Source: Plasmodiophora brassicae | Taxonomy: Eukaryota | NCBI GenBank assembly: GCA_036867785.1 | Contig: CP145411.1 | Location: 682,001 to 746,000, forward strand | DNA: 64,000 nucleotides | Reading direction: 5' to 3' | Shown here: positions 37,068-50,647 of the stretch, one piece after another | How the letters are laid out: every line of letters starts with the position of its first letter | Numbering within the stretch: the stretch's first letter is position 1 | Made by a program: the position numbers and the translations under genes | Notes under the pieces: generated by a model | The model's database searches: none | Told to the model about the DNA's origin: nothing | Seen by the model: only the letters and a program-made list of their open reading frames with translations

Positions 37068-37484
37068 ATGGCGGACGAGTCCACGGAAGAACGGCGGCGG
37101 CGACTGGCGGCGCTGCGGGCCGAGGCGGGCGTGCAGCCGTCGGGGGACGTCGCCGATGGGCCGGCCGCGGACGAGGAGGAGCCGCAGCTCAGGTTTCGGA
37201 ATTACAAGCCGAAGGCGAAGGAGTTGACGGATTTCCAGGTCGGCGGTGACACCGTGCCCGATGTCGACCAGGCGATCGAACCGATACGCCAGGTGGCGTC
37301 GGTGCCACAGGACGAGATGGTCAGCATAGCGCCCAGGAAACCAAACTGGGACCTGAAACGCGACGTCGAGCGCGACCTCGCCCTTCTGCAGAAACGGACG
37401 CAGATCGCCATCGCCAACCTGGCCAGGCAATTGAACGAAGAATACGAGGAAGAAGAGGAGGAACAAGACGCAAGGTCATCCTAG
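37068..37484 (+). CDS. CCDC12: Pre-mRNA splicing factor cwf18/CCDC12
   Basis: ERRRRLAALR, LRFRNYKP, IAPRKPNWDLKRDV..LQKRTQIAI. Confidence 0.9.
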   Translation: MADESTEERRRRLAALRAEAGVQPSGDVADGPAADEEEPQLRFRNYKPKAKELTDFQVGGDTVPDVDQAIEPIRQVASVPQDEMVSIAPRKPNWDLKRDVERDLALLQKRTQIAIANLARQLNEEYEEEEEEQDARSS

Positions 37485-37515
37485 AATAGATCGAATTCGT
37501 TTGAAGCACGAGGAG

Positions 37516-38169
37516 TCAGTTCATTATGATGTCAATGTGGCTGTCGTACTCGAACTCGTCATTGTCGTTGAATTCGAGCTGTGTCCGTTTCGGTCCGTTC
37601 ATTTCAGGCCATCGTTTCGCATTGACGGGGTCTACCTCTTGGAGCAGATCGGTGGCCTGGTTCCTTGTCAGCATGTCGGCTCCGTACGAGGTCAGGGCGC
37701 TGATCAGGTCGGACCTGCGAATGCAGCCGGGTCGCTGGCTGTGCGAGAAGATCTTGAACGCGTTCTTGACCTGGTCCCTAACGGCCCATGTCAGTCAGTC
37801 GTTTGACGGGTTTCACACAACGCCCGCCCTACGCCGTGTAGTAGTCGCTCAGCTTACGGGACATGACGGCGACGAACTCGGCGAACTCGACGCGCCCGTC
37901 GGAATTCTTGTCAATCTCCTTGATCATCGCGTCCACTGCATCGGGCAGGCAGCAGTGGCGTTTCAGCGCGTCGAACAGGTCGTCTGGCCGGTACGCCGAG
38001 TACCTTCTTCCAGCGTCGTTTCGACGCCCAGCATGAGGAGCAGTTCCGTGAACACGTCCGGTGTGATGAACCCGGCGTGCGACTTGTCGACCAGGCTGAA
38101 GATCTCGTCGAGCTCGGCGATTTCCATATCGCTCAGGCCGCGCTTGGCGCTGACGGCATCGGCGGCCAT
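37516..38169 (-). CDS. Calmodulin-like EF-hand protein
   Basis: ELDEIFSLVDKSHAGFIT; MIKEIDKNSDGRVEFAEFVAVM; VKNAFKIF. Confidence 0.8.
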
Positions 38170-38279
38170 CTCGCCAGCCTGTTTAGTACGGTCGACGACC
38201 ATGCACACAGAGCAGCAACCGACTACCCCGGGTCACACCCACACGAATGCAATATACGGTCTACTGCTGATACACACGT

Positions 38280-39598
38280 TTACAGACCAGCTTTCTGGAG
38301 CCTTCTTTCTATGAACGCGGCTGCTGGGTCGGCCTCGTTGTCGCCGACGTCTTCGTCGAGGAGTCTGACGAATCGCCCGTTTGCGCCGATCTGCATCGTC
38401 CTGTCCTTGCAACCACCGCCTGACATTGCTGACGACATGATCTGCGTGCCCGATGACGAATCGCATCACGATTCAGGGATGGGTGCGTATCCCGTACCTG
38501 GAGAACACCAGCGACGGAAGCGATCTCGGCGAACCGATGCGCGATCGATAACGTCGTGGTGACCATCAGAGCCTTGGCGTTCTTTAGGCTCGCAGGGTCC
38601 GCCAGAAACGCGTCCTCCGGCAGCCAGACACCGACTTGGTTGGCGTATTCCCTCTGCTTCCAGTACGCTTCCACGTTGTCATTCGCTGCCCCGGAGAGAA
38701 CAGCGCTGGTGTTGGCTTACGTGTGCGATTCCATTCGTGTTCAAGCTCGGGCGTGCCGACGGAAAACAATGCAGCGGAGGTAATCGTGACCGCCAGACCA
38801 ACCAGGGACCCAACGATGGCCTGGGCTTTGAAGTAGTGCGGCGCCGACCCGATCCGGACCGCAACCGTCACGACGCTGATGACGATCAGCACTGAGCACA
38901 GAAACTGGAGGGCAACACCGAGCGGTTCGACGCTGCCCAGCTTGTACCCCTCCACATGCAGCAACGCGACGAACTCGAATGCCATGGACGTCGTCTACGC
39001 TGCCGACGGTTACATATCGTACAATGGGAGATCCCTTGTCCTGCCAACCAGGACGCCGACCGACGCAAGCCGGCACAAGGTTTCCTTGCCTCGCCGTGCC
39101 GGTTCATGACCAACGGGCGCGTTGCTCGGGTCGTCCGGAGCGCTCCTCTGCATACTATGCTCGGTGCGGTATCGTGGCTGGCGCGGCTGGGACGCGTGTG
39201 ACCGTTAGGCAACGGCCTCCCGGTGAGGTGAGGCCGCCCTTTCCTTGATGCAATCGTCGGGTACCAGCCTAACGTGACGATGACGAGGAAAGGGGGGGGC
39301 GGTACCGCGCTCGTTTATAGTTCGGCAACGACCTCCTCAGAGAGTTTGCGCTGGGATTCGACATGGTCCAGGACACGAAGGACGGTCTCGTGCCTGGACA
39401 GGCACGTGTCACAGGACGACTTCGGCGCGGGTGCTCGCAGGGCTTCACCATCGAACGGATCCGGGAAATGATTACTGTTGTCGCCACCACCACCACCACT
39501 GCGGCGCCCTGAGCGACGCCTCGAAACGCACCAACAGCAATCCTTGCGGCGATCTTCAGACGCCGATTGGCTCTGGCAAAGATGGCCGCATCCGGCAC
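38280..39598 (-). CDS. Hypothetical multi-pass membrane protein; 5' structure uncertain
   Basis: Hydrophobic ORFs 38584-38985 and 38309-38674 with coding-like codon usage and short-intron junctions. Confidence 0.45.
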
Positions 39599-39920
39599 GT
39601 GCCGTCACCGTAACCGTCTCCGAGCGGCATAACGACAGGCACGAGTTCAGCAACGGCGGCATTGGAATGATACGTCCCGATAGGAAGGGGGCGCTTACTA
39701 CGAGGGAACGGGACGCGACACGAACGTCGCTATTAGGCAGTGTCGGCAGCGCGTTTCACGAGCGGTACGACGCGTCTGACAATGTGATTAGTCGTCGGGA
39801 TCAGTCCGGCCATGACTTAAGCGACCAATGGGTACACACCGGATCGGATGGTCGATCGCGTATCGGATCGAATCGTACGGGCGTCAGGGCAGCCCCGTTC
39901 GACGCAATAGCATTTCGCCA

Positions 39921-41471
39921 ATGTTGTTGCTGCCGTGCCTATGGTGGGCGTGGATGACTGTCGACATGGTCGCGGTCGATGCTGCGATTACGTTCCCATC
40001 AGCGGCACCGGGAAGCTCGCTTGCTGGATTGAGCGTGTACGCAGCGACGGTGACGACGTTCCTCGGGCCCCAGCCCGGGGATCCCAACAGCCCCAGGAGC
40101 GGCCGTGTCGTGCTCCTGACGGATGACATGTGCAAGCCGATCGCCATGCAGGCAGCCGGAGACATCATTCTCGCCACGGCCGAGGCCACGTTAGGAGCGT
40201 GCTCCCTCGAAACCAAGTACCTAACCCTGTACGCTACCGGGGCGGCCGGTGTCATTGGTAAGGGATCAGCGGCGCTTGCTGCAGGGGCCTAGGGTGTACA
40301 CTGATTCGTGGCTTGCGCGTCGCTAGCGCCCGTCCTGGACGTGGTCCCATCCCTGAACATGTACAGCAATGACGGGACGAAAGGTGCCCAGACCCGGGGC
40401 CTACCGATGCTGTTCCTGCGAATCGGGCCCAGCAGGGATTTCTACGATGTGCTGATCGCAGGTGCGCCGGGGCAGAACGCCACCATAACGCCAGACGTCA
40501 ACGTGTGGGAAGCAACATTCGCATCGTGGTACTACCAGCTGTTCATCCGGATCCTGCCGAGCCTGGTCATGGTTGCATCCGGCGTGACGGCCGCCGCGTA
40601 CCTTGCTTTGCATCTTCGTATTACTCATGACGAGTACAAAAGCGTCGTCCCAAACGTCAGCCGAACGTCACGACGACTGGCCTCGTTTGTTCGAAAGTCG
40701 CTCGGTCTTCCACATGCTGTCCTGACGATCGAGGTGCTCACGTCGACGCTGCCTGGTGTGGTTCTGGCCATCGGCGGATACTATAGCACACCGAACCTGC
40801 CGTTCCCGATCCTCGAATACTTCCTATCGCAGCTTAGCGGATGGAGCTTTGCATCGTCGCTGCTGTCGGCGTCGGTGTGGATTCGGCAGCTGTCTCGTAT
40901 CTTCGACTCGAACGGCCTGCTGACCCGCATCCTGCGAGGCGATTACCCCGTCGTCTTCGGCCTGCTGATCGTCGTCCCGATTGTGATAGACACAGCGTTC
41001 AGCGTCCTCCAGGCGATCTTCTACATGGACCCCCTTGTGGCCAAAATTCTTTCTGCCACCATCTTCGTCCTGCAATTGACCGTTGGCCTGCACGTCCTGT
41101 TCGGTGTCCTGCGCTACTACTGGACCGTTCGCAACGTCCAGGGCCAGACGAGCGGATCGGAACACGGCGCAAGTATGGACCCGATTCTCCAGCGACTGGG
41201 TCGCTGCGCCCTGGGCATGTCTCTGTCCATGCTCATGATCTGCACGGGCACCGCCATGATGGCCGCGTCGTCACGGTTCATGTACACCCCATCGGGTTGG
41301 ACGACCTGCTTCTCCTTGAATTTCGTCGGGCGGGCCCTGGACAGCGCTTTCCGTGTTGCAATGTTCCGACCACGCGCCATCAAGCCCCAGGGCAGATCCT
41401 GGGTATCAACCGTAGTGGCACCAAAGTCGGCCAAGGCTGGATCCCAGCAGCAGCAGCAGCAGCAGCAGTAG
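39921..41471 (+). CDS. Signal peptide + PA-like ectodomain + ~6-7 TM helices (receptor-like), polyQ tail
   Basis: TFLGP..GRVVLLTDDMC..GACSLETKYLTLYATGAAGVI (PA-domain pattern) followed by a long exon of hydrophobic helices; ends QQQQQQQQ*. Confidence 0.7.
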
Positions 41472-41693
41472 GAGTGGTAACAACGCCACTTGATACAAAC
41501 GGACGGCTGTCTTCCCAAACAAAGCGTCGCGAACCCTTTGGATTGACAGGGTTGGATGGAAGATCCGCATCGAACCACCATGCAGTATTCGTTCCCAGCA
41601 TAGCAGCAGCACGTTTGTGTATAGGCGATCGCATCCAGCAATATAATACGCTGTAATACGATAGACGCGATATGAAATAGATGTTGGGTTGGG

Positions 41694-44600
41694 TCAGACC
41701 CTGGACAGGGCGACGACCCGTTGGATGAGGGACAGCCATTTGTGTCGGTCGGTCTCGCTGGCGCACAGGAACAGGAGCGGTCGCGATGGTTCCGTCGTGT
41801 TCGTCTGCGCTGGTTTCTCCTTGACAACTAGCGCGATTTTCTCGTCGTACTCGACAGGGAATCCAAGGCAGGCCTCGACGGCCTGCGACGTCGCCGCCGA
41901 TGCCTCTTCCAGAAGGTGCTCGCTAACGGGCTTCTGCGGGGGATCATCTGTAGGCGATGCAACGATCAGTTGCGCCCTCGAATGCATCCAGTACCCCGAC
42001 ACCGACTGTGGCTGTTGTAGACCATCAGACGAATGGGTTGGGCTCCCAGCAGAACGACGAACTTGGCGACCCATTGCTGACTGAGTCGATCGGGCATAAT
42101 GAGGTACGAGTAATGCCAGCAGTCCCGTCTGCCGAACTGCTCGACGAACGTCGGCGGCAGGCTGGTGACCTCAGGCATCGCCGCTAGACGGAGAGCCGCA
42201 TTGCCCCTGCTGAGCTCGTTGCCTAGATAGAGTGCACCAGTATGACAACCGGCGCCATTGCCGTACAGAGTCTTCTCCTACCGGGTCGTAGCGACAGAAG
42301 TCGCTGGTTGGGCTTCAACATGGGTGACCGGGCTCCAGTCGTTTCAATGTACCGCTTGACGAATTTCCCGGCAGCGACCTCCTTTGGCGATACCACAGGG
42401 CTTTTGCCACAACGGTCAGCAACCAGATGTCGTACAGTACGAGAAAACTTGCCTGTCCCTTGAAGCAGGCTCGACACCATGGGCACGAGCCACAGCGCTC
42501 GCTGGCTCCAGTTGCCTATCGAACCAATCGTTAGCCTAGGAATAAACATATATAGGGTCGCGTCATGCCTGTGCGGCGAAGACGATGATGCTGCGACGGG
42601 ATCGGAAGATAGCGGCACTGGCGAGACGTCGACAGATCGAGGTTCCGTTGATGGTGGTGCGCCAGCGGCCTCAGACGTCGTCGTCTGCTCTGAGACGCGC
42701 TCCTGTGTGGGAACGTCCCTTGCTGGCGACGTATCCCGACGGGTTGCTGGCGCGCCAGATGGAGTAGGTTCCGGCGCCTGATTGATCACTTGCGGCCGGT
42801 TGGACGATGTCGGTAACGCGACGGGGGGCGACTTGTCCCCGGTATCGGTTGCTGCCACTGTCGACAAGCGCTTCGTGGCGCCCGCATCTGCGGGAGCTTT
42901 CGACGAACCCTGCGCCTCCGATTCAGGTGGGCCCTGGTCCGCCTTGGCCAACGCGTCCAACGACAGGGTGGAACCGAACGCGGGCGTGACCGACTCCAAG
43001 TGGGCGGCCATCGACACGGGCGACTGCATGACGAGTGGTTCCGCTTCCGCTTCCAGCATCGGGATATCAAGTAGCTGCGTCGTCGACGTGTCCGCCTCCT
43101 CGAACTCCACGACCGGGTGCTCGGCGCTCCCGCGAGACACCAGCGACGTGCCGCGCGCATCGAAGGCAGCCTCCAGAGCAGGCACGACAGGCACCGATGT
43201 CCTCATTGTCCTTGGCGCCTCTGCCACAGCAGGGCTTGCCACTTCTGCAACAGGTTCAGGTTGTTCGATGACAGGCACCGGCTGTTCCACGACAGGCGCT
43301 GGTTGTTCGACGACAGGTGCTGGCTGCTCAACGACAGGCGCTGGCTGCTCGACGACAGGCGCTGGTTGTTCGACAGCAGGTGCAGGCTGTTCGACGGCAA
43401 CCGCAGGCGAGCCAGGCTGCTCGGTAGCGGGTATAGGCTGGTCGACAGCAGACGTCGGTTGGTCTACAGTACCGGGGGAGGCAACACCGGGAGCCTGCGC
43501 TGCTATGGATTGAGCCGACTGTGTCCTGTTTGGGCCCTCGATGTTCACGGCGTCATCGGCCGACATTTCCTGTGGCACGCAAACACGTTAAAACCCAGCC
43601 AACAAGGCGGTGGACGATCTGACATCAAGCCTAGGGCTGAGCTGGGGGCTATTGCCGCCCGGTCTCAACAGCGTCTGCTGTGTCGCCCCGAAAGCTTCTC
43701 GCAACGCGTCCTGAACGACGACACACTCAGCGGATCTGATAACCCGAGTACGGTTGCAGCGGCCGCCTGCATACCGGCAGGAGTGGTCGGACGATGACAT
43801 CGCTCCAGATTTCGGTGTGCTGGCTGGATCGCAACGAGAACCACCATTTCTGCCCCTGGCTGCACAGGTGGAAGCACCAGGGTTGCCTAAATTTCCTACC
43901 CGTCTGCCGGTCGCAGATCAGCCATCGCCGGGCAGTGCCAGACGAGCAGGCCAGGGCGGGGTACCTTGAACTTCAGTCGCTTGCCAGGCGGGACGGACGC
44001 GTTGACGGTCGCTTCCGGCGGTCGTGTCTGCTCGACGTCGTCGTACGACCGGAACACGCAGATCATAGACGGCATGACGATGACGTACTTCAGGATCCAT
44101 TCGCCCAGCTGGGCATCGTGCACGAAAACCCAGTCGCCGTTGGCGGGCGATATTCGCTGGAACCTGCCGGGCAGTGGCACATCGGGCGTCTGGGGACGCA
44201 CCAGCTGTTGCACCGCCTGCCACGAACGCGATCAGGCACGTTAGCCAGGGCGCGTATCATGCGATGGGGGTTACCTCTGGAGCAGTGTTTCTCGGCGACC
44301 CAGTCCCATCGTCGTCAGCAGGGTCACTCGGGCCTGGCGTGCTTGGTACCGATGCAGACGGCACCGCAGATGACGAAGCCGTGTCCAGGTTGTTGGTCGG
44401 CGTCTCGTCTAGAGCCACGATCGGCATGTCGTCGGGAGCAGTCTCCCGGGCAGGTGGTCGCACCACCGCTGTGGACCCCTTCGACGTGAAACGCGGCCCA
44501 GGATCGGGTCGTGCTGGCGCGTCAGGCGGCTTCTGCACAGTGATGACAGGCGCAGGCACAGCCGCGACAGCAGCCACAACCGTTGCCTGGTCCGACCATT

Positions 44601-47600
44601 GGTCGGTAACGGCGGCAGTCGCCAGCGTTGCTGCTGGATTGATGGGGACCTGCAAGGGAGACTTTGGTCGTCGTCGCTGCGAACTAACGGGGCGACGATG
44701 TATCAGCTGGTGCGACGCGTCGTCGTTCCACAGAGAGCGACACACGCACCTGGACAGCATTGGCCTGTCTTCCAGAACATTCTCGGATGACGACGGGGGC
44801 TGCTGCTGGATCTGTGCCGCCTGGACCAACCGCTGTAGCGTCTCGAACGTCTTCACCTTGTTCCGCAGCTGTTCCGTCATCTGGGCGTTCTCATCACGAC
44901 GTTGCGCGATGTCCTTCTCCATCATCGCCGACAGGACGTGCAGCGATGTCCCCTTCAGCTGCTTGTAGGACGAGTCGTCCACGGGCAGGTCCTCGATCAG
45001 CAGCATCAGGCAACTGGACGCCGCCTCGCTCAGCTGCGGCGATCGGGACGACACCTGCGCGTTAGACGGTTAGTTGCTGTCGTCACGTGAACGGGGGCAA
45101 GGGGACGGCGCCTCGATACCAATCCGAGCAGACGCTCGATCCCATTGCGCTCTTTGATGATGCTCAGGTTCTCCTGGCGAAGTTTGGTGGACGACTTGCG
45201 CTGACCGCCCGTGATGAGCCGCTCCAAGGCTTCCACGGCTGGCAGGACGACCTTGCCCGAGCTGGACGCCAGCATGTCCGTCAGCTTGCCGATGAACTGG
45301 GTCACGACGGCGTCGTCCAGCTTCTGGTGATGCGCCGCGCTGTATCGGCATCGGGCGCAGACGCGCTTGGCCATGTCGATCTCGCGAATGACAATGTCGT
45401 CATCGCAGCCAGCCGGGCACGCCCTGCACGGTACCGATCAGCCCGCGTTGGCGTCCCCGACGGTTGGCATCACCGCACTCTTGTTCGAATTTGAACGATG
45501 CGATTTCCTTGGCGGCTAGCGCCTGGTTGTGCCGATCCGGAGTCGCCAGCATGTCGTGCAATCGCGGCAGGTCGTACGTCTGGAAGAGCTCGGCAGGAGA
45601 CGCGGAGAACATGGACCTGCGGGTCGGGACACACAGCGTCAACGGATCACAGGGGACGCGATATCACGGGTACGTTCGCAGCACCTTAGTTTGAGGATGA
45701 TGGACATGAACGACGGCCGCGCCGACGAATTCCTGGACAGGCACGACTCGATCAGGCGCTTGAGCCGCAGGCCGATCCACCCCGGCAGGGTCGGCATGGC
45801 GCCATCGTCGAGGACGGCATCGACCACGTCCATGTACGACTTGATCTTGTACTGTGCACCGGACGCTGCCCGTGAGTCGCACGCCCTATGTATATATGAC
45901 GACGCGCCCTAATCTCTCCGCTACCTGGTCCCGGAACGGCAGCTTCCGTGTCAGGATCTCCGACATCATGATCCCGAAACTGTAGACGTCGACCTGAACA
46001 ACGAATGCTTAAGCAGGGACGTCCCATACAGGGGGCCCTGACGGGTCGGGGGGTGGCAGCAACCTTCTGGTTGTACGCGGTGCCTTCCATGATTTCAGGG
46101 GCCATCCACTCAGGGGTGCCGAACACGCCGTAATGCCCGCCCATCGACTCGGAGTTGATCTTCATGGACTGGAAGTCGGCCGGCGCGCCCAGCTGCTGCG
46201 GCGCGGCGGCGGTGAACGCGTTCGCCCTTGCGCGCCCATTGGTGTCGTTGTTCAACGCCGACGTCCCGTTCTGCTGTGTCAGCGACTCCCTGAACGAGTA
46301 CGTTCAGGACGAGTTAGAAAGACGGCGGCGGGCCACCATGGGGACTCTCTCTCTCTCTCTCCCGCTCACCTGACGTGGGATAAACCAAAGTCGGCGACTT
46401 TGACGTTGAAGTTGCGGTCGACGAGCACGTTGTGACTCTTGAGGTCCCGGTGGATGATTCGACGTTCCAGGCTGTGCAGGTAATTAATGCCTATGACGAG
46501 AGTGCCGTGATCAACCATCGTTTCCTGGCGTGGCTTTCGAACAATGGCGGTACCCTGTGCGATGCCGACGCTGAGGCTGACGATGCGTTGGATGTCGAGC
46601 GGAATCGACGAGTCGTGCAGGACGTCGTGGAGGGACCCCTTATCACACCATTCGGTGACGATGCAGACGTTGGGCGGCTTCGTGCATGCCCCAATGTACA
46701 GGACGACGTTCGGGTGCCGGAGCTGGGACAGGATGGCGACCTGACGGGAACGATGGTGAGTACCGCGCTCGCAATTCGCAATCGTTATACATCCTGCACA
46801 CCTCTTTCTTCAGATCGTCGACGACTGACTCAGTGACCTGATCCGCCTTGATTGTCTTCACGGCCACCTGCAGTCGACCGATTAGACGATAGGCGGGAAC
46901 GCAGTGGGTATTAGACGGACGTCTGTGCCCCATAGTCGCCCCTTGAACACTTCTCCGAACGCGCCATCGCCGATCTTCTCCAGAATCGTGATCTGGTTGT
47001 AGTCGATCTCCCATTGCTGGCTGGGACTTCCCGTTGCCTTGCCGTCCTGTTTCTGTTCCTTCTCGGCCTGGTTCCCCGCCGTTGCTAAGAGCAACCACGT
47101 TACGCTACCGAACGTGGACGTCATCCTGCACGGGAACCCGCACCTGAATTCGCATTATTGAACGCCTTCTTGTAGGAGACGATGACTTCGGATATGGCGG
47201 TCACCCAGGCCGCTTTCTCTTGTGCGTCTTCAGCGGCCAGCCATAGCTCGCGCTCCTTGGTCCTGATGGCGAACAGGTACTGCGGTTTCTCCTTCTTGAA
47301 GAAGACCGTGTTCTTCGCCTCTCGGTACACGACTTCGACCTATGCGGAGGAGCCGTCGTCAGGGGATGCGTCACCGCCCGACGAACGGGCCGACGTCTTA
47401 CCACACTGCCGATCTCCATGTTGCTGGCCGTTGCGGCCATTGCAATCGTATCCTCATCCGCGTGACGATGGCGACAGAACGAACAGACGCGCGTCGCCCT
47501 TACAACAGACACGTTAGATTGGAGGACGAGCCACCGATGGAATAGATAGTCCTACTTGTCGCCAATCATCTGGTTCTCGGCGGCACAGGCTTCGCAGAAC

Positions 47601-48115
47601 ACGTTCTGGCAACTCTTGCAGTGGATACGAGAACTGTTCGCCTTGTGGCACTGGTAGCAGGTTGTTGGCAACTGAGCGGCCGAAGACGACTGCGGTGTAT
47701 CACTGGCGAGTTGGGTCTCGTCGGCAATGGCCTCCACTGATACGATCTGCGCCATAAATGCGTTTGGTGGTGCAAGCTGGACAGACATGGCACGCTGCCT
47801 AAAGACCTTCGCGCCCCGCAATGGGACGACGCCCAGACAAGGCCCATCCTCGCTGGTGCCGTTCTCCTTTTCCCCGAAATAACAAATGTACTCGGACTTC
47901 AGGACGACCCATCGTCGTTTCCAATTCTTACGCCCGCCTCGGGCCCCTCCTGCAGACGTCCACGCGTTAACGGCGAACCAGAACCACGATGACAGCACGA
48001 CCGGCTAACCCTGCTTCTTGAGATGGCCCGCCTTCCGGATGTCGTTCACGCTGGACTGTTCAGAGGCGTTCATTGTCGCGGATGGTGGTGCCAGGTCCCT
48101 GCTGGCCTCATCCAT
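41694..48115 (-). CDS. Large multidomain tyrosine-kinase-like kinase: split PH with zinc finger, kinase, ARM-like region, low-complexity linker, C-terminal PH-like domains (may be two genes)
   Basis: GHLKKQG..KNWKRRWVVL; KIGDGAFGEVFKG, VAVK, HRDLKSHNVL, KVADFGL, GTPEWMAPE, DVYSFG; further PH-like segments at ~43900-44210 and ~41700-42180. Confidence 0.8.
43250..43470 (-). repeat. Coding 21-bp tandem repeat (VEQPAPV units)
   Basis: acgacaggcgctggttgttcg-type units, at least 6 copies, within ORF 42223-43578. Confidence 0.9.
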
Positions 48116-48494
48116 GGCGACGGGGCCCGACAATGCCGATGGGCGAGATTCGAGATCGACCCGATCGTACGCAATGAATCTGGGAATCCGTTGCCAAGCA
48201 GGACGCGAGCGAACGCGTGAGAACCTATCGAACCGTCGTCGGATTCGCTCGTCGTGTGCAACCAACAGTCTCGACCATTCGCCAGGCCGCTCCCGTCGGT
48301 CTGTAACGTACATCAATCTTTCAGCGCCAATCATGTGCCCGCCTGGAAGAACTTGAGCCATTGTACCGTTAACGGAGATGCATCAAGTGGTCCACCTTCC
48401 ATGAGTCAACGCGACTCGGGAGGCAAACTGGTTGCGTTTGACTCATCACATTCGCCCCATTATCCTATATTAGACCCATCGTTGTCGGCGAGCC

Positions 48495-50569
48495 ATGGGC
48501 GTGAATCGCCCGTACATTCGTCGCTGGGTGCCAATTGTCACCGTTCTGCTCGGGGCCCTGTCGATCCATGCACTGGATGGGCAATTCGCAACCCGCGAAG
48601 GCCACCAGGTCGAATGGTCCATCAACGACGGCCTGCTCGAGGTGACGATGACGGTGCGATCGCCAACAGTGAGCTGGATCGGGATCGGCGTGTCGCCGAC
48701 GGGTGCCATGCTCGGTAGCGATGCGTTCATTGGTATGGTTGGCAGCCGGCGCGTCTACCGGGTCCTGCTGGCACACTCGGGGCCCGAGGCCACCGTCTTC
48801 GCCGATACGGCCACGAGGTACACGGACGCGTCTGTGAAGACCACAGACGTGGGCACGACCGTCATGACGGTTCGCCGGCCGCTCGATGCCGACTCGGCGT
48901 CGCAGGTCGCCATCGACCCATCGGGCACGACAAACCTGATCCTCGCTTGGAGGACGGACCCGCTGCCGCCACAGCAACTGGGTAGGACCCAGCGACGACG
49001 ACGTTCATGGTATCGTCGTACTGACGGTATGATGCAGGGAAACACAACGGGTTCCATCAGGAAGTGATCGGGGTGCCCAAGGCAAAGCCGTTGATCAAGG
49101 TAAGCGACATGAACGCGTTGTCTAGACGACAGGCAATAGTGACCCGATCGTAGGCAAGAGCGAGCGTTTCCGACCCACCACAGAAGGGTACGGTACGGCT
49201 GAGCGATACGATGGTGCTGACGTACAGTTTCGAGACCAGCACCGACATGGTCACCTTCAAGGTTGTCGGGAACCGCCCCGCCTGGCTGGCAATAGGTCAT
49301 CGATCACGTCAACAGCGGCTGAACCTGGTCGACTGACAGCGCCGTTTGCCAACAGGGTTCTCTCCCAGCGGTCGCATGGACGGGTCCTGGACAGCGATCT
49401 GCAATCTGGACCAGAAACGGGTCGACGTACGCGTCCTGGGACCTTGGCGTCTGGGCAGCAACCAGCCCGACCTGGCCATCGTAACAGTCGACTGCATGCG
49501 GGCCGCCTGCCACGCCTCTAACTGGCGGCACAGGACATCGAGGACTCGTCGTGCACGCTGAACGGTCGCGATGTGACGATGGAGTTCGCGAGACCGTTGA
49601 AGCTAAACGAGGCGCAGAACCCGGCCTTCGACATCGCTCCTGATGGGCAGTCGCTCGTCATCTGGGCCATGGGGAATACCCAGACCGTATCGCAGCACGA
49701 TCACGATAATCGGGGGCAACGCCGAATCGACTGGAAATCGGGACGGTCGTCGACCGTTCAGGTACGATGCGGCCCTGTTCGACGGGGAATGTCGCTGAAT
49801 GGCCTCGCAGGTGGACGACAGCCCGGCTCGGAAGGCGCATGGTAGCTTGATGATGATCGCATGGACTGTGCTCGTCCCGGTCGCCGTCTGCATTGCCCGG
49901 TTCTTCAAGGATGACGATAGGCGGTGGTTCATGTGGCACCGGGGCCTGATGTCGCTGGCGGTCGTCATGTCCATGACCGGGCTGTTCATCATCATAACGA
50001 GTGTGCCGAGTGGCAACCACTTCAAGTCGTTGCACAGCGTCTTCGGGCTCGTCATCCAGATCGTCACCCTGCTCCAGCCCATCATTGCCATATTCCGAAA
50101 CACGCGCAGAGCGCTCTGGGAGAAACAGCATCGGTGGACGGCGGCCGGTCTGTACTTCTTCGCCTGCATGAACTGCCTTCTCGGTACGTCATCAGCGGGT
50201 GGACAGAGCAAGCCATGTGTGTTCGTGTGCTAACCCCTGGGTGTGTACAGGCTCGATACTACTGTCTAGCAAAGCCAATGGCACAGCGTTCTTCGTACTG
50301 ACCGTCATTGCAGTGTTCATCGGTATAGCAGTGTTTGCCGTCCTGCATCTTCGAAGAGGGAAAGCGCCGCCACATCAGGTTTGTGTCAGTGGGAACGATG
50401 CCACTGTCCGGATTCCCAATGCGGGTTACAGGCTCAGAAGGATATCCAGGGCGACACGAGGCCGACAAGGCCGTTGGACCATGTCGACAGTGACGACGAA
50501 GGTTTGGATCTCAGCGGTGCCCAGCAGCCATGGCCCAAGGATTCGGTGAACACGGTCGACGGATTCTAA
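48495..50569 (+). CDS. DOMON-DOMON-cytochrome b561 membrane protein
   Basis: WIGIGVSPTGAMLGSDAFIG; WLAIGFSPSGRMDGS; AHGSLMMIAW..WFMWHRGLM..HSVFGLVI..LQP..HRW heme histidines. Confidence 0.9.
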
Positions 50570-50647
50570 TCCAATTCAGATCTACGTAATAGACAGTGTA
50601 ATAATCATTTGTTCATCGCGATGCCGAATCATCACATACCATGTACA

